Below are positions 38,363 to 51,241 of a stretch of DNA of 64,000 nt, one piece after another. Each line of letters starts with the position of its first letter. The stretch's first letter is position 1. The notes under the pieces are model-generated. The model did not search any database. It was not told the DNA's origin and saw nothing but the letters and a program-made list of their open reading frames with translations. Source of the DNA: Peribolospora baueri (lineage: Eukaryota); contig JAMDHS010000032.1 in assembly GCA_029717555.1 (NCBI GenBank), positions 62,001 through 126,000 of the forward strand, written 5' to 3'. Made by a program: the position numbers and the translations under genes.

Positions 38363-39335
38363 CGGAATGGACATGGACATGGTGGCGGCTGCAAGGCCAG
38401 AGCTTTGGGACGCTATAAAGCTGGACGGTCTAGCGGCAGTTCGGTTGCAAAGGTATCAATGTTCGGTGTTGATCGTCATAGGTGCACACCCGAGAGGCTA
38501 GGAAGGCAAAATCTTGCTCAAGTTTGATTCATTGCAGGGCATCGTGATACTTTTGCGGAGGTCGTGTATGCATTCGCTGGAGTCCCCTCCGGTTATTCAG
38601 TCCCAGACATCCCTCTCCACAGCAGCTTAACGTATCTCAACCTCAAAATGGTCCAGTTGACGAAGCGAAAGGTCCACTCTTCAGCAAAAATTCCCTGGAT
38701 AGGCTGAAATAAGGTTATGGTTTTGCTCTGATTTTGCGTTATCGACTGGAGTCGCGTGATGACACTCTTGGCGGCGAAGCATTGCCGCAGATTAAATACT
38801 CCTGAGGTTGACGTCACAGTTTCCCCTCCGCATCGAGCGAGAAGCCGCTTCCGGATTAACTGGTTGTGAAAGACGGAATGCTAGCCAAGGCAGCTCTCGT
38901 AATCCGGATCTGCACGTCTGCACCTCATTCGACTTGCCCAGGTATGGCTCTAACCTCAAATACTACCACGAGGCGTGGACGAAGGGCGACAGCAAGGACA
39001 ATTTTTTTTCGATGGCTAGGCAGTAATCTTTCACTCACTTACTGAAGTTGTACGCCAGTGACTGACATGTGCGTCTCCGTCCATTTCCTTCGGCGATGTG
39101 GTCTCACCCAGGCTAGACGACGGGGAAGGAAAGGACCTGTCACTTCCAAAGTGCTCCAGGGAGCAGCTGGACAGGGAACGCATTACGTGGGTTGTCAGGA
39201 GGCTGCCTCGATCTAACGGACATGACGGTCTGACCTCGCTCTGTGCTGCTTCCCATCTCCATTTTCCACCGCCATCAGGTACCTCTCCCCGGATCAGCGT
39301 AAGAACTACCTCGTGAAGTCTGTCTGAGTGGCTCT

Positions 39336-41927
39336 CTAGAAGCGAACGGCAGCGGACCGTTGGATGTTGTCAAAGGCAACCTTGTGGCCGACAAGGTCTC
39401 GGATGTTGTTGAGGCCGTACCTAGAGCGGAAGAGGTGGAAAAGAGGGATGCCCATTCAGGGTAATAGGTGGAATATCGGTTAGGCAATGGATAAGATTAC
39501 AAAACGGACAAACAGACAAGCGGCAAACAACGCACCTGATCATGGTGGGCCTCTCGAGCGAGAGACCCCACCCGAGGACCTGAACGTTCGGGGGCAGGCC
39601 CATGGGCTGGAGCATCTCCGGACGGAACATACCCGAGTTACCAATCTCGACCCACTTCTTGAGGCCTTCGTGGTAGGAAAAGATCTCTAGCGACGGTTCC
39701 GTGTATGGATTGTAGGCGCTGGGGCGAGTCGCGAGGGAGGGGAGCGAGTCAGACAGGCCGTAGACAAACGAACCATCCAACCATTAGCCAGACATAAAAG
39801 GAGAGGACACGGATCATGCGAAGATGCCTTAACTCACGGCTTGAAGCGCAAATTCGTAACGCCCATCTTAGCGAAAAAGACCTCCATGAAGCCGATGAGA
39901 TCACCAAGGGTGATGTTGTAGTCGGCTACCACGCCTTCAACCTGGTGGAACTCGGCCAAATGAGTGGCATCGACGGCTTCGTTGCGGAAGACGCGGTCGA
40001 TGGAGAAGCTGCCAAGTAAAGAGAATGCAATAAAGTTGGCCATGTCCTGATTTGAAGCAGAAAGATGCAGTGACGTACAGCTTAGACGGCTTGAATCCCC
40101 CAGGACGGTTGGCGATCTCGTAAAGCATGGCGGACGATACGGCAGTGGTGTGTGTTCGCAAGACGAGCTTTTCGGTCTCGGCGCGCTTGAATGGGTATCG
40201 GTATCCAATCGAACCATGGCCACCTTTTTCATGCACCTCAGTCACTCGCTTTAGGTAATCTTCCGGGAGAGCTTTGGCAGCCGGTGGATCTGTACGACCC
40301 AGAAGCATTGGAACATGAGGAGAGTGCCATACACATACCAATTTGTGAGGAAGCAGAAGACAGAACGAACGAGCTCACCTCGGATGAAGAAAGTATCCTG
40401 TAGTTCGCGAGCCGGGTGCTGCTGAGGGACGAAGAGAGAGTCGAAGCACCAGAAGCTGTTTTCCACGAACTTGTTTGTGGGCATTTCCGTGAAACTGAGG
40501 GGAGCCACATGATGAATAGAAACGAACGTTAGGGATCCATTAGAAAAGAACGGATGAGCTGCTGGAATGGAAATCCTCACCCCATCTCGAAGAAAATGTT
40601 CTTGAATTCTTCCCGAACCTTGAGCAGAGGATGCAAAGCGCCTCCGTTCGTCGGCGCACCTTCAGCCTCAAAGTTGTACTTCTTGAACGTAGCATTCTTC
40701 CAAAAACCCCTTATAATGTTGCAGAGGAAAGACGTGACCATTAGCGCTGGCCTACAAGCATCGTCAACGAAGCCCGTCAAACTCACGACTGCATCATATC
40801 CACCGTCAGATCTGTCTCGAGCTTCTCAACCTTTGTTGAGAACTTGGGACCCTTTTCCACCGAGAACCAAACCAGCTTCCTGTTGCGCACAAATATAAGG
40901 CGACGTGAAAAGTGGTCAGAACCTGCACGCGAACAGAATGAGATGAAAAGCGAGCTGAGGCGAGCTTACCGTTGCGTCACCAACTTCCTCTTCTTCAGCT
41001 CTGCAACGTTCTTCTCATCTCCACTTGGTGCTTCGCCAGTCTTTCGGATTGACAGAAGGTCCAGCCGGGTACCGTCCTCAATGGAAGACACCTTGATCCA
41101 TACAAGGAAAAGCAGAACACGAAACCGGGTGCCAGCAGCTTAGCTGCCGTCTCCTGGATACCAACACCTGCGCATGCCAACCTAATCACTCACCGCCTTG
41201 ACAAACGTTCCGTCCGCACGCTTCTCAACCCATTTATTACGGAAAGCTCGTGCCTGGCCGACCTTAAGAGTGTCTGCGCCCAACAGAGCCTGTATGCCGA
41301 GCGAACCGACGAAGCAGACTTAGAATTGACAGCAGGTGCACAGCGAGAAAGGACCCGACGCGGCATCCAGAAGAAGGCCTACCTTCAGCTCGTTCAGATC
41401 CTTTCCTTTGTCCGCCTCCTTCCCTGGCAACGCCTCCCATAGTCTCGCCTCGTGGCTGCCCTCTCTGGCAATTTGATGTCCTTCCGGCGAGAGCGCGTAG
41501 GAGACGGCATCGTTTAATTTATAGATCACCATCTGTAACGAAAATTTAAAGAGGATAAAAGAATAGGTGGCGTTGTTTGTAGTGCGCCATTATTCGGATA
41601 GAGTCAGTTCCAGGTGCCATCAAGGAGGATGAGGATAGGCAGCAGCAGAAAACATAGCTAGTCCTCTCCGTACAAAAAACACACCTCCCTGCTCGCCAAA
41701 CTGTTGAGAACACCTTGCAAGGCCAACTGCCATCGCTGGCGCTCCTTGAACTGCCTCTCGTCCTCATCAGAGTCAAAGGCCTCAGCGGTCGTAGCGCCCG
41801 CGCCGGCCACACCGGCGGGGTTGGCGGTGAAGGAAGGGGCGAGGGAGCGGGTGTCAGCGATGGAGCCGTGTGTATCGAGCTGGGAGAGAACCAGCTCTGC
41901 TGTCGGCTCGGAGGTTGCGACGGTCAT
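39336..41927 (-). CDS. FRS2: Cytoplasmic phenylalanyl-tRNA synthetase alpha subunit, multi-exon
   Basis: [97 protein letters not shown] and [11 protein letters not shown]. Confidence 0.97.
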
Positions 41928-42690
41928 TTTGGGAAGGCGCCGAAAGGGAGGGAAGGAGCCGAAACCTGAAAGCGCTCTATTAGCCTGCAAGACGCCAGTC
42001 TCTCGTGGGCTGCCTGCAGCGAGAGCGATCGGAAGATACAAGGTGAGCGTGAGCGCCAGGCCCTCTTAGAGGCTTCGCAAGCCTGCCCACCTTTTTTTGC
42101 AAGCGACTATGAACGGAGGAAGGCTGAGAATGTCGGCGACCCAAGAATCTATCTTAGTTTAAGACCCTTCGGGATTCGAGTTGGCTCCCAAGAAGGTCGG
42201 GGGGGGGCGCGTACCGCAGCAATTTCTTCCCACGCACCCAGGGCTCGTTCGCTATTAGGCGAGCAGCTCACCACCAAACCCTTCCACGTCGATTCGGTTG
42301 ACTACTTTCAGAGACTCCAGTTCCTAGGGCAAGGGAGGCTCTTATTCCTTGCAGTGAGTGGCACCAAGCGTCTTATGCCAGGCAAGGAAGGAGGGCGGAA
42401 GGAAGTGATCGGAACAGGCGCGGATCTCGAGCCGCTGGCGACCCCGCTCTATCACGCACGTCCGTTTCTGTCTGGACATGCAAACCCCGGCGAATCAAAC
42501 TCTGTTCGGTATGACGAGCACCCTCTCCACCACTGCTCTTGGATCAAAAAACCGCGTGGACAGAAAGTGCACAAGCACTTTATCCGGTGATCGGGTATGA
42601 CATTCCAGGCAGTAAGATGAGGAAGGAGGTTGACAGAGATCGACAAATAGCGACGAGGGGACGGTCGGAGGAGCATACCGACTGCTGAGC

Positions 42691-43542
42691 TCAGCCGAGC
42701 TTGTGATGAAGGTCCTCCATTGCGCGACCTTGGACTGTTCGCCGCGGGTCCTCTTGCATGCGGTCGTCCTTGAGCATCCTACGGGTGAACCCGACAGCAA
42801 GATGAAGACAAAACAGCGAGAGCATGAGGAACCGCTCTCGCGCATAGCAGTGTTAGCCACGCTGAAAGAAAAAACCCACCGGTTGTCCATCCTCGCGTCA
42901 TCGCCTTCAACGCCGATCATAGGCTTGGGCGTCTTTGCCTCGATGACCTGGGGGACAGGAAGGGCAACAAACGGGTGATTAATCAGCCTTGGCTCAATGG
43001 CAGAAACATCGAGAGTATGGAATAGAGGCAAAGGCATAGACAAAGGTGCCGAACGCACGTAATGGTTATCGCAGTGTGGGCAGTATTCGTCGCTATCCTC
43101 ATATCGTTCCATGTCCTTCCGGAACGCCTTCTTGCATTTCTTGCAAATGAAAGCCATCTCCATCGTTTGGCGAAGCGGATGGTCGGACTGCTCTTGGTGG
43201 CATTCTGCACACTAATGGGACAGAGCGTGCGGTAGGTGGGAGTGGGGGAAGAGGAGGTAAAGAGTTAGTTTGACGAGGTCCAGAGATGGAGAAGGTGAGG
43301 CGCTGCGCTGCCGTGCACTCACGTCGAACCACCTCTTGCAGCACGGTGCCCGAATGGACACTTGCGCATTAAGAACGTGTTTGCTACAGGAAAGAAGTGG
43401 GGAGGAAGGGAAGATGACAGGAGGCCAAAGACATAGCCGGGAAAACAGCGTGAGCGTGGGCGCTTCCGATGAACTCGGCACAAAGCCTGATCGCCACCGG
43501 GACACCGTAAAAAAGGTCTTCCTACGGGCTTACTTACCACAT
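42691..43542 (-). CDS. Small CHY-type zinc-finger protein, multi-exon
   Basis: A 5-nt first coding exon (ATGTG), then MCKHVLNAQVSIRAPCCKRWFDCAECH...CKKCKKAFRKD...DEYCPHCDNHYVIEAKTP...DARMDNRMLKDDR. Confidence 0.9.
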
Positions 43543-43788
43543 GGTCCTCGTGAGTCCTCCCCAGCGACAACAACTACTGCAGCAACTGCAATGGTCTTCC
43601 GCACGTACGTCGCGAACGAAGAGGAATGATGTGGATAACGGGACACGACCACTGATCCGGTCATCACCACCGAATCTTTCTAGAGGGGACGTGCATCGTT
43701 GCCGCAGCAACCAGCCCGCTCCTCGAGTCCCCGGAACCTACGAACGTGTCGTTCATTCTTGTGAAACTGACGACGAAGACACGACGAG

Positions 43789-46700
43789 ATGGTGGACATG
43801 GAGCTCGATCCAGCAGGTAAGCACAAGGGCACCCACCCTTCTTGCCTTGTTCAGGCGCTCAGTTGGGCGCAGTCGTTCTCTTCACTCGTCCAGCCTTTGC
43901 ATCAGCGAGCCCTCGTTGACGTCCGCATCTTTCTCTCTGTGCCTGTCTTTTTGCCCTTCCACCACGACAAGACTACGCTGCTCTTGCGGAACAGGCGCTC
44001 GGTCTTGGTAAGGATATTAGAACGGCATACGCAGAGGCGGCGATTAGGGAGGAGGAGGAAGAGGAGGTGGAAGACCGCCTATGTGAGTCCCATGTCGGGC
44101 ATCTGCTTTATGTCTTCAAGACAGCGGTACCGCACGCCAGTCTTTTTGCAGGATTAGGGAGCTTTACTGACAGGAATAATGTGTTATATTTATTTGTGAC
44201 AACTGCCAGTCATGGAACGGGCGAAGGAGTTTGCGGATCTCCATGACGAGGTTGAGGTGGGTGATACCTTTCCTCGGCTGCCGGAGCTTGAAGCTGGGTT
44301 CTGATTTCTTCGTACAAATTACCGCCTACTCTTTTATCCCACCTCGTTGATATTTAGTCAAGCACTGCCCTTCTCTCGTCACTAGAGACCTTCCTCGCCT
44401 CCTTTCAGAGCGACCTCTCAGCGGTATCAGGGGAGATCGGCCAGCTGCAAGAGAAGAGCAAGGCTATCGAGGAACGTTTGAAGACTCGGAGAGTGCGTTT
44501 TTTTTTTCTCTCGCACAATACTACAGCCCATCTGAATAGGCGGCTGGGCTTGTGAGAACGCGTTTTGGTCAAAGCTGTTTTGACCTCTCCGAACCAACAA
44601 TCTTTTTCTCTCGCTCGGATCAGGTCATCGAACGACCCCTATCCCTCCTCCTCACGGACCTGACCATCCCGCCTTCACTATTTACCACCATCTTCGACAC
44701 TGATCCCTCTGAGGCTTGGCTGCCGGCTATTGACTCGCTTGAGAAGCGATTGGCTAGCATCGGCACCAAGGGCAGGGTTAAAGCCTCGAAGGAGCTGGGA
44801 GATATCGCCGAGGCGTGTCGGAATATGGTGGGTTTGAGAGAGATTGGAGGTTGGAGGGTGGGGGAGTTGAGATACTGCTTCGAGCGATGTGCGGCTAATT
44901 TGCTCTTTTTCACGTGGCGCTGATCCACTTCTGCGCCTCCGGCCCTTTCTCGTTTTTCCTAGGCAGCGTCCAAACTTCGAACCTTCTTCCTAAGCCTTCT
45001 TAATCCCTTGCGAACCTCCACAACCACGAACATCCAAGTCCTACAAACCAGCATTCTTCTCAAATACAGGCCTCTCTTCTCCTTCCTACAGCGTCATTCT
45101 CCCCGAGTCGCCATCGAGGTGCAGAGGCACTACGTACATGCCGCGAGGACGTACTACGAGACGTGTTTTCGGAGATATGCAAGGGCCTTGGGCGTGATTA
45201 AGGTGAGTGCGCTCCATTCGTGTTGTTTAGAGGGACGACGGCTTAGGAAAGCTGAGCGAGTCGTTCGTTCCCTTCGATAAATTTACCAGGCCAGAGTGAT
45301 GGAGAAATCAGAACTCATTGGGAGTACTGCTTCCTCCGACTCGGCATTCTGTGAGTGTCGCATCGCATCCGATCTGGTGTACCTCGATCGCGTGCACTTG
45401 CTCAGGCTTAACGAGTCGGTCACCTGTTTCCTAGCTTTGGGAGGGTGGAAGGACGCGACGAGTCCAAAGAAGCCGGCGTTGGGAACAGACAGTGAACGGC
45501 TTGCGAACGCGAGCGCGGAAGGCGGCGGGATCGTGTTGGCATACATGGCTGATGAGCGAGAATATGTGAGTCCGGTCAACGAGCCCGCTCCAAGGCGACC
45601 GATTTGCTCTCACTTTTCCTCACTTAGGCTGCTTTTGTCCTTGCATTTTTTTTTCTTTCCACATTCCTTTCGACGATATTCAGAATTCACCGCCGGAAGC
45701 CCTGTTCCGCTCCATCAACCTCGTCCTCCTCGACAATGCCTGTTCCGAGTACGCCTTCCTTTTTCGATTCTTTGACTCTGCCGCCGTCCCCGCCAGCACA
45801 TTCTCGCCATCGGCGCCGAGGTCCGGCCTCACGTCTCCCACATCCGAGCTCACTTCCCTGTCCCCCACCTTGAGCCCTCGCAAGGGTGGGCTTCGTCTCT
45901 CACTCGCGGGCGTCATGAGTCCTGATAAGGCCGTGGCGGCGGCGGAGGCTGCACCGCTCGATGACAACGCATCGGTTACGAGCTTTAGTTTGAGAAGCGA
46001 TGCTGATCGTTTCGGAGGGGTTGGCGGGGGAGGAGCTGGCGTGGGAGCGGGGAGAATGGAAGAAGGCAGCGTTGCGAGTCTAAGCGCGATGGAGAAGGCG
46101 GCGGTCAAGGGGAGAGGGGCTGCGGAGGAGATTTGGAAGCAGGTGTGGGAGCCCGCCTTGTCTTACTGGCATGTGCGTTTTTGTTCCATCTGTGCCGTGC
46201 TCTGTTGTGCCATGTCCCGGGCATACCTCCTGCGGACGAGTTTGTTTTATAAGCTGACGATTCTGATACGGTTTTTGCTGATCCGTCTCGACAGACCTTC
46301 ACGCGCTCCCTCCTTGATCCCAGTCCACCTCCACTGATCCCGCTCTTGACGATGATCAGACTCAACGACGTCTGCCTTTCCCTCTGCGCCTCCCGAGGCT
46401 GTACGCCGCTCGAGACCCACCTGATGGGCCTCAAGCTGGAGCTTTGGCCAGCCTTCCAAAAGGACATTGGGGCACAGGTGGACAGCGTAAAGAAATTGAC
46501 CGGCGGGGTGACTTCAGGAGGTGGGGCGGGAGCGGGAGCGGCAGCTGCTGCGGAGGCGCTTGGTGTCGCAATGGGAATGGGCGGGCTCATGAAGGCTGCT
46601 GGGGCCGGTGGGAGTGGCCAGATCAAGGATAGCTTGGTGCAGACGGTAAGCAAGCGAATCATCCTATCCCTGTCGACACTTTTTGTTCCTCCTGCTGTCG

Positions 46701-47346
46701 TCTGTTTTCAACCGCGCTCTCATGCTCGCTCTTGCTTATACGCTCGGTCTTCTCGCCCCGGTTTTCTCCTTCTTCGTATCGTTCGACCGACAGGTTTGTG
46801 GACGATACGCTGCTCTCTTTACCTCTTTTGTCCGGCTGAACGACGAAAAGGACGAGGAGATGATCTTTGGCAGGTGCGTGCGCTCGTATCTCCAGAGGCG
46901 GAGAGGAGGAGGGAAGAAGGGTGGGGCACCGGGGGACCGTTTCTTCCTCCACTGGCGCTGATTTACATTGCATTGTTCTCTTCCTCCTCGCGCCCGCCGC
47001 CCAAAGCCTCTTGCGAATGCGCACTGAGCTGGAAAAGCTCATCTCTGCCCAGGTGACGAAGCGGGCGGACAAGGAATCGGACAGGAGTAGGAAACAGGCG
47101 CACATCATGATGATGGCCGAAACGGTGCTGCAGACGTTGAGCGTGAGTGGTCGAAAATCTTCCGTTCGCTCATGGTGGCGTACCGGTCCTCCCCGTCGTG
47201 CTGGCCAATTCTTCGTGTTCGCTATATCTGACGGCCGGCCCTTGCATCTTCGTCTTGTCGTGACGTTCCTCTCGCAGAGCGGAATAACGAGCCACCCGAG
47301 GTTACAAGCCGAGCTGTCACATTGGAAGGAGTGGTCCAAGGGTTGA
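43789..47346 (+). CDS. VPS52: GARP complex subunit Vps52/Sac2, multi-exon
   Basis: LETFLASFQSDLSAVSGEIGQLQEKS, LTIPPSL, NIQVLQTSILLKYRPLFSFL, FRSINLVLLDNACSEYAFL and PLLTMIRLND. The start is ATG 43789 or 43798. Confidence 0.9.
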
Positions 47347-47863
47347 TAGGGGGGGGTGGACGATTTGCCGTCTCGCTCGGATTCGGGCGAGTGGGGCTTG
47401 CGTATACCCCGTCCAGCCGAGCAGCCCGTCGAGAGACATGGTATGGCGTCTATCGGCCGGCGCCCGTCCCATGCCCTCCTACCTCTATGTCGCTCGTAAT
47501 AATAAAGGGCAAATCAAATGATATCCTTGCCATCTTTGCATGCCTGTTGAACCTTGTAACCGTCTGGGTGGATTGGGGCGCCTTGGATGTGGATCAGCAC
47601 GCATCCCGGGTTGACGTTGTGGATAGGCAAGCGAGGGACGGACGGACGGCTAAGAGGCAGTCCAGGACAGACGCGGCCAGGATTAACACGGAAACGTGAA
47701 GCGGTGTGTGGAAAGCAAATCAAATCAAGTCGACAAGGGCGGTGGCGTAGACTAGTTCGGAAATTCTGCACACGAAAAATGAATCTGCAAGCGCATCTCA
47801 CTTTCACATAGTTTTGCGAAGAGTCCCACACGCCTCTCGGCGGGTGCAAAAAAATGAAAGTTT

Positions 47864-47936
47864 TAGCAGGGCCTGGTTTCGATCCAGGGACATCTGGGTT
47901 ATGAGCCCAGCTCGCTTCCAGCTGCGACACCCTGCT
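47864..47936 (-). tRNA. Initiator tRNA-Met (CAT), intronless
   Basis: AGCAGGG TG TCGC AGCTGGAA GCGA G CTGGG CTCATAA CCCAG ATGTC CCTGG ATCGAAA CCAGG CCCTGCT A. It has A1:U72, three G:C pairs in the anticodon stem, A54/A60 and purine 64, with an oligo-T Pol III terminator downstream. Confidence 0.97.
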
Positions 47937-48550
47937 ACCTGTTCATCTTCTTCCAAATGTCATATATGAGGAGACCGATAGCTGTAGGGTTATGTTTGCG
48001 GTTTGACCCTAACCCTGGCCAGGCCTGCCGACGATGGAATCATTGCGTAATGGAGAGAGAAGAGCTGGCGTGGGAGGCGCAACGAGGGCGACGCGGGATC
48101 GCTTGCGGATCAAGTGCTTGAGGCCGAGATCGAGAGTGCCGTCTGCTCCGTCTACGGCAGGCAGAGACTAAAAGACGTTTTCAAAATCGCTAGCTGCCGC
48201 CGCCGGCGGATGGGGCTTGGGGATCCGACGGAGGCCGAAGGCGGGGGCCCACCTCCTCTCGTCTTCTGACCCTGATCTGAGCTACGAGAGACACGGACCT
48301 GCAGCGGCACCAAGCGAGCCCAGCTCACCCCGCCCATTGAGATGACAGACGGGTCGCCCTCACCACCTTGCTCGGCTACCGCCACGGCCAGCTGAGCGCA
48401 ATGCTAGCATGATACCCGTCGATCAGGCTCCGTTATTACCGGCCCACACGTCGATCGTCTTTGTAGCCACTGACCACGAGATCCACTTGCAGGTTGCGTT
48501 GTCCAAGCAAGCGTCCACGTTGCACAGAGCTCGTCGCGCACGTTCTGTGC

Positions 48551-48630
48551 GTCTACATCTACGTCTACGCCTACATTTACGTCTACAACGACGCCTACCT
48601 CTGCATCTGCATCTGCACCTACACCGACGT
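48551..48630. repeat. Degenerate hexamer tandem repeat (CTACRT / CTGCAT-like)
   Basis: gtctacatctacgtctacgcctacatttacgtctac...ctgcatctgcatctgcacctacac. Confidence 0.8.
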
Positions 48631-49155
48631 GTCCTTAGGGACCGCACCGCGCCTGCCTGGTGGGGACGGTAGGCAGAAGCTGGTGGGGATCCGCCGGGGC
48701 GTTCGGGTTCCGCCTGCGATTTTCTGGTGCCGATCCGAGGTTGTGGAGTCGGGCGGGGCGGTCGCGTGCCAGAGGGACAAGGACAAGTGGATGCGGGCCT
48801 GCATGCCCCGAAGCACGCATGGGCGGACGCCGGTCCGGTCGTGGTCAGTCAGGGCCCATCATCGCCCATCGCCCCGCAACACAACGCAACGCAATCCTCG
48901 CAAGCTAAGAAGAAGCAATCCGCCCACTCCTCCTCCCTCCCCGGACTTCTTCTCCACCACCACTACTCCCACTCCCAGCGTATCCCCCGCCCACGCTCCT
49001 TCGCCCTCCTCACACTCCTTTCCCGCAGAGACGAACCGGTTCGCCAGGGTCACCCTCCCTTCGTTCCACTTACGCCCCCACAACACAGACGCGGACACCC
49101 TCAGTCCGTCTAATATAGCCCTCGCTAGACGCATACGCACATAAGGCTCGCGATC

Positions 49156-50255
49156 ATGCGCTTCGTCGACCGCGCCGCCCTCTACTCCCTCGCCCTCGCC
49201 GGCATGTCCTTGGCGCCTCTCCAGGCCAGCGCCGGTGGCGCTCAGCCTGACCGTGCGGCCGCCGTCAAGCAAGTTTTCCAGGAGAGCTATGCCGACTACC
49301 TCAAGTACGCGGCCCCCTCAGACCTGTCAGTCTTTTCTTGCCATTGGTCTCCCGCCCACGCGAGCCGGCGCCGCTGACGAGAAAACCCTCCTTCCGCTCT
49401 TTCCTTCACAGCCTCTTGCCATACTCGGAGAAAGGTCTCAACAACAGCATCCTCAACGGCTGGGGAGGTAGCATCATCGACGGCATGGACACCATGCTCC
49501 TCATGGGCCTCAACGACCTCTACGCCCAGGCCCTCGATCACGTCGCCAAGGTCGATTTCACCAAGACTTGCTGTGGCGATCTCAGCTTGTTCGAGACCAC
49601 TATTCGCTACGTCGGCGGCATGATGAGCGCCGTGAGTGGTCTGTCTTCTCCCTGCTCGACCGGCTGGCCACGATGGCTTGACGCTCATTCGCCGCGTTCT
49701 GTCTCCCTTATTAGTACGAGCTCAACGGAAGGAAGGACGAGATCCTCCTCAACCAGACCAAGGTCCTCACCGACGGTCTCGCATACGCTTGGCACGGAAA
49801 CGACCGCCTGCCGTACAACACGTTCAACCTCAACACCCGCACCCCCGACACGAGCAGCAACCAGACCGGCATCGCTGTCGCCGGCTCGCTCATCCTCGAG
49901 TTCGCCACGCTGAGCAAGTACTCCGGCAACCAGACCTATGTCAATCTCACCGACAAGGCTATGAAAGCCATCATCGAGAGCCCTGCGGTGTTCCCGGGCC
50001 TGTACGCCCAGGCCATCGACGTGGTCACGGAAAAGCCGCTGGACGACTACGTCACCTGGGGCGGTGGATCGGACAGCTTCTTCGAGTACCTCCTCAAGTA
50101 CGCTTACCTCTCCGGTAACGAGGACCCTGCGTACCTCGACACGTGGAAGAATTCCGTCAAGAGTTCGATGGAGAACATCATCGTCCAATCCGGCGTGGGC
50201 AACCACACCTATTTGAGCGACTACACCAAGAGCGGCGGCGGACAGGTCTACACGT

Positions 50256-50291
<36 letters not shown>

Positions 50292-51241
50292 CCCTAATCC
50301 GGCTTTCCTCTCCCACCCTTCCCGCCCGCCTGCCCACCTCCTAATCTCCTTCGTCTTCACCCTTCTTCTTCTGCGATAGTTTCTCCCACCTCGGTTGTTT
50401 CGCCGCAGGGAACTGGGCCCTCGGTGGACAGCTGCTCAAGGACCCGCAGATCACCGAGTATGGTCTCCGTCTCGTGGAGGCGTGCTACAACACCTACGCG
50501 GGCACCGCGACGGGCATCGGCCCGGAAGTGTTCGGCTACATCGATAAGAACGGCAAATCTCCTGGCAACAACGTGACCGCCTCCGATATCGCCTTCAACA
50601 ACCTACACGGCTACTTTATCACCACGGCCGACTACCTCCTGCGCCCAGAGGTGCTGGAGTCCATCTTCTACGCTTACCGCATCACCGGCGACTCCCGCTA
50701 CCAGGACTGGGCGTGGAACGCGTTCAATGCGATCAAGAAGTGGTGCAAGGCGCCCGCTGCGTGGTCGTCGATCAACGACGTGAACCAGACGCCGCCGCCG
50801 GCGCTCGACGACTCCGAGTCGTTCTTCTACGCCGAAACGCTCAAGTATCTCTACCTCATCTTTTCCGACGCGTCCGTCATCGACCTCGACAAGTACGTCT
50901 TCAACACCGAGTGCCACCCTTACGAGCTCCAGAAGACAAACCCGATGTGGGGGAAGGTGCAGTTCAACAACAACCCTCACCCGCCCAAGGGCTTCTTCAA
51001 CGACAACGCCAATACCACCTCCACGGCCACGACAAAGGCCACGCCGACCAACCAACCCATCTCCAAGCCCGCCAACGTCATCAAGGCCGTACACTCGGGC
51101 ATCGCCAACCCAGAGTCTGTACTTGGCAATATTGTCGGACATGGCGGCACCGCTGCCAGCGCCATCGCTGCCTCTGCTAAGGCGAAGATGCACCGTCACA
51201 GGAGGGCCGGACAGAGGAGGCTCGAGGAGGACTTGTTCTGA
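49156..51241 (+). CDS. Secreted glycoside hydrolase family 47 alpha-1,2-mannosidase, multi-exon
   Basis: Signal peptide, NGWGGSIIDGMDTM, SLFETTIRYVGG, AGSLILEF, GGSDSFFEYLLK, SHLGCF, LRPEVLES, ESFFYAETLKYLYL and VFNTECHP. Confidence 0.95.
50259..50291 (+). repeat. T33 homopolymer immediately after a 5' splice site
   Basis: Direct count: ...CAC|GTGAG followed by the T-run. Confidence 0.9.

Noticed and set aside
43540..44011. Plus-strand ORF whose ATG overlaps the CHY gene's ATG in a CATG palindrome
   Set aside because: VPS52 is explained better by ATG 43789/43798 spliced to EAAIREEEEEEVEDRL; the overlapping frame has no recognisable protein features.
48409..48672. ORFs with HLRL/RCRC dipeptide repeats
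   Set aside because: Translation artefact of the hexamer microsatellite; there is no gene structure.
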